Origin: Ministeria vibrans ATCC 50519
Lineage: Eukaryota; Protista; Filasterea
DNA length: 37,190 nucleotides
Direction of reading: 5' to 3'
Assembly (NCBI GenBank): GCA_943704425.1
Contig: CALSCP010000795.1
Span: 1 to 37,190 of the forward strand
The position numbers were made by a program, and so were the translations under genes. The notes beneath the pieces were generated by a model. The model was not told the origin of the DNA and did no database searches. It saw nothing but the letters and a program-made list of their open reading frames with translations. Below, in pieces: positions 24,177 through 35,628 of the stretch. Position 1 is the stretch's first letter. Every line of letters begins with the position of its first letter.

Positions 24177-26031
24177 ATGGACAAGAGCGCCTGGAATTAC
24201 CCCGAGCAGTCTGTAATACTGCGTCTGCCGGAAGAGATTGCAGCAAGCTTGCGAAAGCGACTGCAATCGAAGAAGGAGAGCAAGCAGGATGCGATTCGCG
24301 TGCAAATGCAGACGGAGCGTCTGGGCACCGTCGAGATTGTCCATTCGGGGGTTGTGCTTGACGCAACCCTCGTGGACTTGCCGGCGATCATTGAGGCGCA
24401 GAAGACCAACAACGACAAGACGGTGTTTACCAAGACGGGCGATGTGGCTCAGGTGCGCAACGGAGAGCAGAAAAGAAAGCTAAATGACCCTTTGCAAAAT
24501 GTTCTGAATCTTTGTTCCTATCGTCTTTCCCCCGTCAGATGCTCATCTGTGAGCTTCAGCCAATGGAAGCCGCCCCAGAGGGACTCTCGTCGGAAGAAGA
24601 CGGCCGGAAGCAGCAGGAGGTGGGCAAGTGGCGCCTGTGGTCGCAGCGGGAGGTGGACGCGGAGAAGAACCGCTACGCGTATCCGCACGGACTCACGCCG
24701 CCCCTCCACAACGTGCGCTCGCGACGATGGCGGAAGGTGAGCGGGCTTGTTGCCGACGATCAAGAGGTGCGTGACCGCGTGGCACAGTTGCTTGCGGCCG
24801 ACGAGCACGCCGCGAGCATTGCAACCGAGGTGGTGTACGAAGACGGGGGCGGCGCACAGGACTCAGACTCAGACAACGATGACGACGACGACGACGACGA
24901 CAACGACGATGACGATAACGATGGCGAGCAGGAAGACGGAATAAACGAGCACACCGATGCGAATGGCAATAGTCAGCACACGGCAGCAGCATCAGCAGCA
25001 GCAGCAGCAGCAGCAGCAGCATCAGCAGCATCAGCAGCATCAGCAGCATCAGCAGCATCAGCAGCATCAGCAGCCACGTCGCGAAAAAAGGCCTCTACCA
25101 AGAAAACATCTCGGAGCACGACAACGACCACAACGCCCAAAACCCCCGTAGTGTCTGCCGAGGAGGTTGCAGCAGCAAAAGCTGCTGCGGCTGTGCAACC
25201 CATGGAAATGGAACCACCGGCACTGTCGTTTACGTTCAATTCTCCTCCTATGTCGTTTGATCGACCGCCACCACTCACTCTTCCCACTGCTTCTTCTGAG
25301 CAGCCTACGTCGCCTTTCTTTAGCGGCTCTCTGACCTCTACGGCCATTGCCACTCCCAGTGGCCTCGAAGGCGCTTTTCTGGACTTTAACGAGCTTCTCG
25401 ACGACAACCCCTTGGCAACCGACGCGTCCCTCCACCTTTCCATGACTCCTGCCCTCACCGCTTCCGTTCCATCCGCACCCGCACCCGCACCCGCACCCAC
25501 ACTTACTGTAGCGCCCCCGACCTTCTCCGTCACATTAAAAGCGCCCGCACCTTCGCCCACCACCTCCACCTCCACCACTACCACTACCACAACAACAACA
25601 ACAACAGCTTACCCTCCGCCCCCCCCACACATCACCGCCCCTCCACCTTTCTCTGCCCCTACCACTGCCTCTATCACTACCGCTCCTACCGCTGTTGCTC
25701 CTACCATTGCTGCTCCTACCGCTGTTGCCCTTACCACTGCTGCCCCTACCACTTCCCCTGCCGCAGTTGCCGTTGCTCCTGTGCCAATGGACATTGACCC
25801 CCCTCCCTCCTCAAATTCTTCTCTTCTTCAAGAAATCGCTCAGCTCGAAGCGAAACTCGCCGAAATTGAAGATTTTATGGAAAAGGTCTCTCCCTTCCCA
25901 CTCCTGTCTCCACCCTTTTCTCACACATGCACAATTTTTCTTAGGTTCCAAATCCCATTTTGCGCAAGAGACGAGAACCCGAACGTGAAAAGCTACGCAA
26001 GGAAATCGAAGAGAAGCGCAGCCAGTTGTAA
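24177..26031 (+). CDS. TAF7: TFIID subunit 7
   Basis: Proposed exons: 24177-24452, 24539-25885, 25945-26031. TAFII55_N motifs: EQSVILRLP, LVDLPAIIEAQKT, KTGDVAQ|MLIC, YPHGLTPPLHNVRSRRWRK. These are followed by acidic and low-complexity linkers and a C-terminal coiled coil with NPILRKR. Confidence 0.95.
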
Positions 26032-26179
26032 AAACATATTGTTATAAGGGGGGGGGGAATGAAATCTTAAACCAGGGTGAAGTGAGTGTTTATTGTCTGC
26101 CTTTTTTTGTAATGTAAGAAGAGACAGATTGCCGTTAAATAAGAGGTTCAGGTGAAGAAGGGAGAGGAAATAAGAAATA

Positions 26180-29100
26180 TTAGACAGAGCTCTCGAGAAT
26201 GATCTCAGATAGAATGGGAGGGCGGTCAAGAGCAAGAGTGGTTGGGGCGTCGGAGACGGTGCTGGTGGAGGAGGGAGATGGAAGCGAGAACGATGTGCCG
26301 CCCGAGACGGATGAGTCGACGCTGCGACGAGCGGGAGACGGATGCAGCAGATCAAGCAGTGTCTCGGGAGTGGAGTCGCCGGCGGGACGGCGCGGAGACG
26401 AAGGAAGCGACTGCGAGACGCTGGAGGCCGCAGCAATGAGTGCTGGGCTCAGCGGAGACGTGACGTTTGATGCAACAGCGAGCATCTTGGTAGTATTCGC
26501 CAGTACAGTTGCAGCAACAGCAGCAGCAGCAGCAGAGTCATTGACAGTATCGGCCTTGGCTGTAGCGGCAATGCGAGCCTTGACACTGCGGCGCAGATTG
26601 AGCACTCGTCGGTTCGCAATGCGACGGTGAACAACAGTGCGCACCTCGAGCGCCAAGCTGTCAATGAGTCGCGACACTTGCGATGCGGCACGCAGATTGT
26701 CTCGGTTGACCCGCTCTCCGTGGACCATGGCTGGCTCCTCATCGGCGTTAAATGTAGATTCGCGTGAGAGTGCGCCCGCTGCAAAGCGACGACGTGCACG
26801 AGGCGACATGGCCGGGTTTGCGTCGAGATCGGACACGACACGAGTTGCGCGCGCGACGGCGTCGAGGACGGGTGTGGCAGTGTCGTCGTCACGGTGATGA
26901 ATAGGTGTCATGTCAAAGGAATCTGCGAGTTCGGCAATGTTGTCGTCACCAACCGCACCACTGCTGCCACTCACACCACGCACCGTCATGCGATCGAGGA
27001 TGGGTCGAGTGCTAGGTGCAGAGGCACGCGCGTTGCGCATGCGCTCGCTGATCGACGCCGCGGCGGCCGCGACGGCGACAGGGTCGGGTGCACTGCCAAA
27101 GAGACGTGGCTGACGCGGTTGGTCCAGACGATGCTGCTGAATCTGCTGTTGGGCCGAAGTGGTCGCTGCCTTGTGTGCCGCATACTCGTCTTCAAACACT
27201 TGCGTGAGTGTGAACCCCTGACGGAGAACGCCACTGGGTGGAACACCCGCTCGCGCCTGGCCACTGTACGACCGTCGCATACCGACGGGTGAAGGTGACT
27301 GGCGTGTAATCATGCTGGAGAAACTGCGACGCATGCTCGATGGCGACTGAGCGGTGGTGGAGCCACCGGCAGTGGAGCTGCTGGGCGTGCCAACAAGGGT
27401 ACCACCACTACTGTAGGTGGCCGAGGTGGAGCGCACAATGGGCGGCGAGCCCGGTGGCACGGGCAGCTCGTCGTAGTATTCTTCGCGCGGCGACACAATT
27501 GCCTCAAACGACGTGTAGGAACGTTGAGGCATTTGACCACGCGGGGAGGAGACGGAGCGTACGGCACGTGTTGGCGAACAGCTCAGTGCAGCAGTAGGAC
27601 CGGTGGTGGAGCTCGCAAGCGACGCACGCGGGCTCGAGGGTGGCAGAAGCGTGCAAGAAGTGGCAAGCGAGGGAACAGACATATTGACGCGAAGCGCCGC
27701 TGGCGACGAAGGGCTCGGGGTGACCAGACTGAGATGGCTGTCACCGATGGCGGAGCTGTCCACTGCAAGCGACAACATCGACGATGACGCAACCGACTCG
27801 GGATAGTCAAACTCAAATTGAGTCATTTGACGGATGATGTCGCGCACGTCTTGATCGTGACCTGCTCCGCCGCCAGCGACCGCCCCAATGACCACCTGAA
27901 GGGACACCTGCTCGACAATGGCCTGGATCCACTGGTCGCGATCCAAGGCGCTCTTCGCGCGCACAAATACACGCGTGCCCGGTAAGTCAATCTCAAAGGC
28001 ATACTGGCCCACCAGGAAACTTTCGCTTGTCTCGCCACAGCGCAACACATCGTAGAGACGCACTTCGACGAGAGGCCGGTCACGGCGCGACGGTACCGAC
28101 GTACGCTTGTACACCTCGAGTGAAGTGGGTGTCAGGCGCCACATGCGAGATTTCCATGAACCGCAGGGACCGCCCTCTTCGCGCTCGAGTACTCCAAGCC
28201 GAACGGTGTCTGCCTCAAAAGGTGCCGCCACACTGCTGTTACTCACGTCCGACAGGCAACCATCACCGACGAGCACCGGCGAAGAAACAGTGCCCATGGA
28301 CGGCACCGGCGCTGCTGTTATAGAAGCGGTGGGGACGCCGTTTGTCTTGCCAAGGCCAGACCCCGAGGGCAATTGGGAAGCGTTGGAAGACGAAACCACG
28401 CGAGCAATGGGCTTGCTCGGCCGAACCACCACGTTCGCTAGCTTGCTTGTTGACGATGGACGCGTATTGGCCCGAATGGAGTGTCGCTGACAAGGAGGAC
28501 TCAGCGAGGGGTGCACACCCGACGTCGCTGTCGTGAAGGCACTCACACCCGACGAGTCGTCGCCGGACGATGCAGACGGTCGAGCGACATTGTCCAGCGA
28601 GGTGTTGCGGTGGAAGATGCGATGAATACGACCAAAAATTGGACTGCGTGGTTCGCTGTTGCAACTGCTGCTGTTAGCATGCTGTGAGTGGGCCGAGTCG
28701 TCTACATGCGACGAGTCCTGATTCGACGAGGTCGACTCGTTCGAGGCGCGACGTCGTCTGCGCGATGGACTGCTGATGGCCGAGGCATAAGACGAGTCGG
28801 GCAGGCCCACGGGCGAGCCGTTGCCGCCGCCACTACTGACGACATTGGAACTCTTGGATGAGGAGTTGTTGCGGCGATGACCGCGGAAGAAGAGGCGGTC
28901 GCGAATGCGATTGAGTGGGTTGCGGGTGGTCGACGGGGGTGTTCGCATTGGGGGCAAGGGAGAGACGACGTCCGAGTGAGAGGAGGCGGACGTCAAACGC
29001 GAGCAAGCAGCGGTACGAGCTCTCACCTGAGCCGTCAGAGTGTCGCTGGGGACATTGGTGAAGCTATCTGCGGAGGAGTTTGTCGCGGGGGGCGGTGAGC

Positions 29101-30715
29101 GAGCGAGCAGCGACATCATTGGCCGGTCGGGGGACGAGTTGCTGCGGCCGCGCGATTGAGTCGCGTCGAGATCCGCGGTATCCTCAAGGTGTCGATCAAA
29201 AGAGCGGCGCACCGGGAAAGCGATGGGGTTGCTTGGTGGTGCCTTCATAGCTCCATTGTTGTTCTTGCTGCGTGTCGTGACAGTAGGCACGTCGGGGTCG
29301 CGGTCTTCGTCATCTGAGGGCGGATACATCGAGACGCTATCGCCTAAGTCGTCGTCGTCATCGACGAGCGCGGGACTAATCAAGTCCATGACACGCGCCT
29401 CGTCGTTGTAGGTAGTCGCAACAGCAGCAGCAACAACGACAGTCGTTGTGGTGGTAGTGGTGGCCTCGGAGGGAGTGGCAGTGGCGACAGACGAGGAGGA
29501 GAGAGGCACCGATGCGGCTGAGAGCGCATGCGGCGCCCTGCCATTCTGGTTGACGCGTGTGCCGCTTGACTTGCTCCCAACGAGTGTATCAGGGCCCTCG
29601 CTGGGCGTCTTCTCGACAAGGCTTGAGCGACTGCCACGCAAGAGGGAGGAGAAGAAACTTGGACGAGCGTCGGACGGGGACGACGGGCCGGGCGAGGCGA
29701 CATCGTCACGCTCACCCGAGCGCATGCGACGCAGCGAGCGAAAGCGGCGATTACGCGTAGACGAGGAGGAGCTTGAGGCGAGCGTTTCGTCGTCCGAGTC
29801 GGCGCCACTGTCAACAGCCGCTGTGAGTGTTGGGCTGGCGTTGGTCGAGGACCGGTCGGCGCCTGACGAGTGCTTGCGTCGAAGGGAGCGACGTAACAGA
29901 CTGCGCATACCTGTGCCAAGTCTGGCCGGCGACGAGGGCGACACGCACACGGGCACGTCAGCGTCCGAATCGGCGCTGTCACCAGCATGGGCCGAGCCAC
30001 GCCGGGACGTCAAGTAGCTTGCAGGAGGAAGTGCGCCGGGAGAGCCTGCCACGGGCGAGGCGGAGGGAGACGCTCCGGGTGATAGTTTTGAGGTGGCGGG
30101 GGGTCGTCGGAAGGAGAGGCGAAAAAGATTGTCGGAAGAAAGAGCCCCCTTGCGCAATGCGCTTGCGTTGTTCTCGTCCGCTGAGACACCTGGCGGGCTG
30201 GCCGTGGGCGACGAGGGTGGGGATGCCGTTGACAATACACCCGGGTGAGGGAGGTTCTTGCGAAACTGTTGCAGACGCTGCTTGAATGATTTCGAGCGAT
30301 GCATCCGGTCCGAGGTGATTTTGGAAGACGATACAGCGGGAAGTTCGAGATGCGAGACCGACTTGAGGTCGCTTCGTCTTCTTCGGCTGCGCAACGAGCT
30401 CGTCACCACCGGCTGTACATTGGCCGTGACAACTTCGATAGACGCAGCAGGTGCTACGCTGTCGGCGGAGCGTGAATTGTCGTCTTGTCGTTGTTGGAGT
30501 GTTGGAGAGGAAGTCAAAGAATATTTTGGTGAGGTGTGAGGGGTCGATGCGGACTGATCCGACGGAAGTTGCGGTACGAGAGCCACCACTGCGTCAGACC
30601 ACATCGGCGTGGGTACGTCTACTCGCAAAGGTGCCTCCAGGGTACTCCCCAGAGCATTCGAAGGCGATCTCGGCGAGACGGGCGCAGAACGCGAAGGACG
30701 ACGTGCCAATTTCAT
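26180..30715 (-). CDS. Large Ser/Pro-rich disordered protein with one PH domain
   Basis: Single-exon CDS of ~1511 aa. The ATG at 30715 directly follows an acceptor-like ttttgttcttcaccag, suggesting a 5'UTR intron. PH domain at ~28205-27905: RLGVLEREEGG..SWKSRMWRL...YAFEI...VFVRAKSALDRDQWIQAI. Confidence 0.85.
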   Translation of the reverse strand: MKLARRPSRSAPVSPRSPSNALGSTLEAPLRVDVPTPMWSDAVVALVPQLPSDQSASTPHTSPKYSLTSSPTLQQRQDDNSRSADSVAPAASIEVVTANVQPVVTSSLRSRRRRSDLKSVSHLELPAVSSSKITSDRMHRSKSFKQRLQQFRKNLPHPGVLSTASPPSSPTASPPGVSADENNASALRKGALSSDNLFRLSFRRPPATSKLSPGASPSASPVAGSPGALPPASYLTSRRGSAHAGDSADSDADVPVCVSPSSPARLGTGMRSLLRRSLRRKHSSGADRSSTNASPTLTAAVDSGADSDDETLASSSSSSTRNRRFRSLRRMRSGERDDVASPGPSSPSDARPSFFSSLLRGSRSSLVEKTPSEGPDTLVGSKSSGTRVNQNGRAPHALSAASVPLSSSSVATATPSEATTTTTTTVVVAAAVATTYNDEARVMDLISPALVDDDDDLGDSVSMYPPSDDEDRDPDVPTVTTRSKNNNGAMKAPPSNPIAFPVRRSFDRHLEDTADLDATQSRGRSNSSPDRPMMSLLARSPPPATNSSADSFTNVPSDTLTAQVRARTAACSRLTSASSHSDVVSPLPPMRTPPSTTRNPLNRIRDRLFFRGHRRNNSSSKSSNVVSSGGGNGSPVGLPDSSYASAISSPSRRRRRASNESTSSNQDSSHVDDSAHSQHANSSSCNSEPRSPIFGRIHRIFHRNTSLDNVARPSASSGDDSSGVSAFTTATSGVHPSLSPPCQRHSIRANTRPSSTSKLANVVVRPSKPIARVVSSSNASQLPSGSGLGKTNGVPTASITAAPVPSMGTVSSPVLVGDGCLSDVSNSSVAAPFEADTVRLGVLEREEGGPCGSWKSRMWRLTPTSLEVYKRTSVPSRRDRPLVEVRLYDVLRCGETSESFLVGQYAFEIDLPGTRVFVRAKSALDRDQWIQAIVEQVSLQVVIGAVAGGGAGHDQDVRDIIRQMTQFEFDYPESVASSSMLSLAVDSSAIGDSHLSLVTPSPSSPAALRVNMSVPSLATSCTLLPPSSPRASLASSTTGPTAALSCSPTRAVRSVSSPRGQMPQRSYTSFEAIVSPREEYYDELPVPPGSPPIVRSTSATYSSGGTLVGTPSSSTAGGSTTAQSPSSMRRSFSSMITRQSPSPVGMRRSYSGQARAGVPPSGVLRQGFTLTQVFEDEYAAHKAATTSAQQQIQQHRLDQPRQPRLFGSAPDPVAVAAAAASISERMRNARASAPSTRPILDRMTVRGVSGSSGAVGDDNIAELADSFDMTPIHHRDDDTATPVLDAVARATRVVSDLDANPAMSPRARRRFAAGALSRESTFNADEEPAMVHGERVNRDNLRAASQVSRLIDSLALEVRTVVHRRIANRRVLNLRRSVKARIAATAKADTVNDSAAAAAVAATVLANTTKMLAVASNVTSPLSPALIAAASSVSQSLPSSPRRPAGDSTPETLLDLLHPSPARRSVDSSVSGGTSFSLPSPSSTSTVSDAPTTLALDRPPILSEIILESSV

Positions 30716-31204
30716 CTGGTGAAGAACAAAAAGAGACGAGATGAGTCTAGGGAGGAGGTTTCTCGCTCGCATATGGCAAGTGCCAATCGCAGGTGTAATG
30801 CACGGGGCAACAGCCCGCCGTGAAACGAGGACGCAACGTTCCGTCCAGTTGTGTATGTGAAAAAGGATCCAAAACGGGACAAGCACGACACCTCCCGTAG
30901 ACGCCCATGCGCAGCGCCACGTTTGGTGTCAGCATGCAGTGCAGTCCGACAGACATACTGGGCATGAACGCGAATGTGAACGGATGCGTGTGGGAGCGGT
31001 GTATGTTGGAAAGGGTTTCAGACGTCACAACTTCACACTACATTTTGCGGGAAAGGGAAATGATTGAGTGGAGACGTCTCTGCTTGACGTTTGCAGACGA
31101 CGGGGCGGCATCGCATGCCATCCGTGTGGTCCATGCGCCGTGCAAGGCGTGGTTCGGGCAGGCGAGCAGGCAGAGCGACGTACAGCGCGTTGGCGTGATC
31201 TCTT

Positions 31205-31239
<35 letters not shown>

Positions 31240-32245
31240 CGTTTGAGATGCAACATTCCGGAAGCTCACACCACTCACCGGGACACGCGCGTCTTTCGCC
31301 CGAGTGCGCGCTGATCTACACTCGGTGGTGACTGTGCGCAGGCGCTGGGTGTGCGATACTCACTGCTTCGCCGCGTAACCAGAGGAATGAAAGGAGAAGA
31401 AGAAAAAAAAAAGAGTCCGCCTCCGCTGCGCTCACGCTGCAGTGCTCACGAAAACCAGTCGTAGAGAAGCAAGCAGAGACGAAGGAGAGTCGAATCGACG
31501 CGCGAACGCGAAGGAAGAAAGAGAAGCTTTGATGGGGTAATAAAAGTAGTGTTTAATCAAGATAGGCCGGCGACATTCGTTCGGCCTTGGTTCGGCCTTT
31601 GGGAGGAACTCGCACGATCTAGCCACTCTCGCTGCATCTATGACCCTGCGTTGACTTCTATGCGTTCTTCTAGTGCACCTAAAGACTTGGCTCGACTCCT
31701 GCTTGGACGACTCGAGGGAGAGCGGATGGGCGCTCGTTCATGGCGTGTGCGTGCCTGACGTCACCCAACCCCATTGCGAAAACATAAACGACTGAGTTCT
31801 ATTTCTTCGCCTTGCCCGCATACCCTCCACCAACGCCCACCACGCATCACAATTGGCTCTTTGGCGCAAAGGAAGAGGCGCGGAAGAGCCGGAAGTTAGG
31901 CAATAATTTCCATTGACTGCTTTGGGCTCTGGGCGACTCTGACCCGGTGTTGTACCAACCGCAGTGCTCTCGCTGCGTCGTGGGTGCCGACCGAGAGTCA
32001 TCGAAGACGCAGATGACTGGGTGGAGCCAAAGCCCGTTATTCAACTCAGATTATCGATTATTTTTTGTTCGTCTCAATCAACTTGTTTCCGCTTTTTTTT
32101 TATTGAGTCTTGTGCCTTGGCACTCCTGCTGATGGCCTGATGTTTTGAATCCAATCGAAGGTGGCTCTCACTCAGGCTCTGACCTGTTTGAAGTACGAAA
32201 TACTTTTGACTTTTGACTTTCTTTAATTCACTTTTATTCATCGAA

Positions 32246-35200
32246 ATGGCAACTATAGATGAACCGCAGACACTCGTTAGTTGTGCGCACCCTGCGCACG
32301 TTGTTGGGGCGACGGCGTACGAGCGTGGGGCGTCTCTCGTGACGATTCAGGTATCCCGTTTTTGCCTTTGCCGAAACTTTCCTCGTGTCCTCACTCGCCC
32401 TCTCGCCACTGCGGTCCTCCTGGACTCCTAGGGCCAGGGCGTCCAAATCCACAACGTCCTCGACCGCAAGATCACCAAGGCATGGGCGACGCCCGCGACG
32501 AGCGTGTGGAGCAGCGCCGCCGTCCACGCCAACGGATTCTTCTTTGCCGTGCGCGCCAACAACGTTGTCCACAGGTGGTCCGAGTCGTCGGAGCGTATTG
32601 ATCGAGGCTCGTGCATCCGCCACACCTTCAACGGCGCCCACATCGCCCCGACGCTGGTGCCCTTGCATGGATCCTATGCCGGCATTCTGATCGCCTTTGA
32701 AAACGCCTCGGTCGCCGTCTTTGCCGACGACGCGCCGGACAAGCCTCTGAAACAGTACGCCACTCCCTTGTGGCACGCACCCTGCCCAGCAGCTACTCCC
32801 GCAGCGGCCGCCTCAAAGAGTAAATCGACGCCGAAAAAACAGCGTGCGGCCGCCGCTGCCGCCGCAACCGCAGCCTCCACGCTTGTTGCCTTTACACCCG
32901 CGTCCGCCGACGTGCTCACTCACCTTGGTACGAGTGCGACAGCTGGCGCTGCCTTCGTCGTCGCCACCGACGGCTCAGGTGGGCACACCGTTTCGGTGGT
33001 GGTCGCGCACGAAACGGATCGCACGTCCGCACCCACCACAGCGCACACGTGGACCCTCGCGCCGCCCACCCCCTCTAACACCCCGTCGACCAGCGTGCTC
33101 ACCATCACATCCTGCTCCATCGGCATGGTTTCCCTTCCCTCTCAGTCTTCATCCTCTTCCCTTCTCATTGTCACCCTCTGGTCCGATGCTCATCTCCGCA
33201 CGCACACCCTCGGCCGTTCCTCCCTCGCCCCCATTTCCATCGACAGGTATCAGAAGAAAAAAAAAAAGTATTAGAGAAGGACGCAAAGAGAGGCAGAGAG
33301 ACAGAGAGAAACAAATTGATAGAGAGGAGAAAGATCAAAGTGACAGTGAGACAGAGAACCAATGTGATGATAAAGAGAGAAGAAAGATCAAAGTGATAGA
33401 GAGAGGAGAAAGAAACAAATTGATAGAGAGGAGAAAGATCAAAGTGACAGTGAGACAGAGAAACAATGTGATGATAAAGAGAGGAGAAAGATCAAAGTGA
33501 TAGAGAGAGGAGAAAGAAACAAATTGATAGAGAGGAGAAAGATCAAAGTGACAGTGAGACAGAGAAACAATGTGATGATAAAGAGAGAAGAAAGATCAAA
33601 GTGATAGAGAGAGAGGAGAAAGAAACAAAGTGACAGAGACAGAGAGAAGGGGGAGGCAGAAAGGTTGCTGATTCAGAGTTGATACATCACAGGCACCTAA
33701 GCAACACAGTGCTGGCGCACACGAGTCGCGTCTCCCTCGTCGCCAACAGCCCATGTGCGCTTGTCGCCCACTCTGCGTCTCAGCACACCTCCCACATGGT
33801 CCTCTGGGACATCCGCTATGGTGTCGTTCTCGCCTCTTCCTCGCCCCCCTCCTCCTCGTCGTCTTCCTCGTCGACTGCCTCCCATCTTGTCTCCCTCAGC
33901 CCCTGCAATGCTCTCGCACAGTCTTTTCTGCTCTCGGCGCGCGACTCGGTCACTGTTTGGACCCTCCGTCTTCCGTCCACCCAGTCGGGCTCCCTACTCA
34001 GTGTGCTGGGTCGCATGGAAGTAAGTCATGCGCACTATAGATACTCTTCTTTTATTTTGACACGCCTCTGCCCTTTTTTCAACGCAGGACACACGCGAGG
34101 AACTTGCAGCGACTTCGCGCAACACAGTCGTGCAACCGCCGGTCGTCGCGACGGTCACAGCGCCGACAGATCTGGTGGAGCAGGCAGCATGGCAGACGGC
34201 CGTCGCTGAGGCCGTTGCACTTGAACAGTCCCTCTCGTCGTCTCTCAACGAGTCCCGCTCGCCTGCTGCCTTCCAGGCCGCCTTTGAGCGTCTCTGGAAC
34301 GCCTCCGCACCCGTTGCCCACCGCGCCGCTCTCGCGTCTCCCGCCTTTGTTGCCCGTGTGCTCGACCGTTGTCTCAGCGATGCCGCCTTCCGCCCGTCTG
34401 GCGTACTCGTCGCTGTCGTCGAGGCCGGCCGTGTTCCTGCCCGCGCCATCCCGGCCCTTGTCGACGTGTGTATTGACGACGCCAATCTGCGTCTCCTTGA
34501 AGCCCTCCTGGTCCACGCACACGCCATGCCTGAAGAGCAGCTTGTCCGCTGTCTTCGCTTCGTGTTGGCCGGTGCCGGCGGTAGTGCCCGTGCCTACGTG
34601 GGTGAACGCACAGCCGTTGCGCGCAAAGGCGTTCCCGCCGTTCATGCTCTCGATGACCGCGACTCCCCTCGCGATGCTCTCCTGCACCTGTGCGTCTCGG
34701 CTCCTCGCAACGACGCCTTTCTCGTCGACCAGCTCCGCCTCTTAGACGTCGCGGAGACCACCGACCTACTTGCGTACCTTCTTCGTTGGCTCGACCGCTA
34801 CGAGAACATCTCAGCAGAGCAGCTGCGAAACTCATGTAATTCGCGTATTCCGTCTCAGACCCAAGTAAAAAAAAAAAGACACAGTACAATTACTGTAGCG
34901 TTGTATTCACGTTTCTTCTTCTATTGAACAGGTGTTGGACTGGATTGGGCTTGTGTTGGATGCAAGCCTCACTCGACTGCTTCTGCTTCCCTCGTGTCAC
35001 GAACAGGTATTCACAGCCACCCACTTTCTAATGCGCATCCCTCTCTCTCTTTTTACTTTTTTATTCAATATGTTGCTTTCCCAGTCTCTTTGTTCCTTTC
35101 TCTATCACTTTGTTGCTGTTTCTTTCCTCCTTCTCCTTTCTATCTGATTTTTTTTCATTTCTAATTATCGTGTATGTTTGCCGCAGCTGGCGCAACTCGC

Positions 35201-35342
35201 CGGGTCACTGTCACTGGCGACGGACGCCTGCTCTAGCATGAGTGTGTTGCGTGGCCACTTGGAGCAACTGCTCGAGCGCAAGACGATGCCCACCGCAACC
35301 GATGCGGCTGCTCTTTACACCATTGAAGTGTTGCGCCTTTGA
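32246..35342 (+). CDS. NOL11: Nucleolar protein 11 / Utp8-like (SSU processome UtpA)
   Basis: Proposed exons: 32246-32350, 32432-33246, 33693-34020, 34088-34864, 34932-35006, 35187-35342. N-terminus LVTIQ|GQGVQIHNVLDRKITKAW...AVH and C-terminus IPSQTQ|VLDWIGLVLDASLT...LYTIEVLRL* match the NOL11 terminal motifs as I recall them. Confidence 0.85.
33300..33645. repeat. Purine-rich 104-bp-period tandem repeat in NOL11 intron 2
   Basis: caaattgatagagagg recurs at 33312, 33416 and 33520. Subunits are aaagtgatagagag and its variants. Confidence 0.9.
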
Positions 35343-35628
35343 TTGTACATCCTTTTTCTCGCCAATCTTATGAAATATGACATGACATGAAATTTGACAA
35401 TTGAGGAATACTCGTATCAGCAGTAGAAATGAGAAAATCTAATGCCTTGAAGCAATGTAATAATCATCAGTATAGCAAGAAAATTCTTTTATTCTTATAA
35501 TAATTATTGTGATCATACTTATAATAATTATAATAATAATATAATTATAATAATATTTTTAATAATTATTTTTGTTTTTCTTCTCTTAGTCTCTCTATAA
35601 GCCTCTCTCCTCTCCCATGATTTTGTGT

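Noticed and set aside
30716-30886. N-terminal extension of the 1568-aa ORF
   Set aside because: It starts at a non-ATG codon and includes an acceptor-like tract just before ATG 30715, so it is more likely intron/UTR. An ATG at 30773 cannot be excluded.
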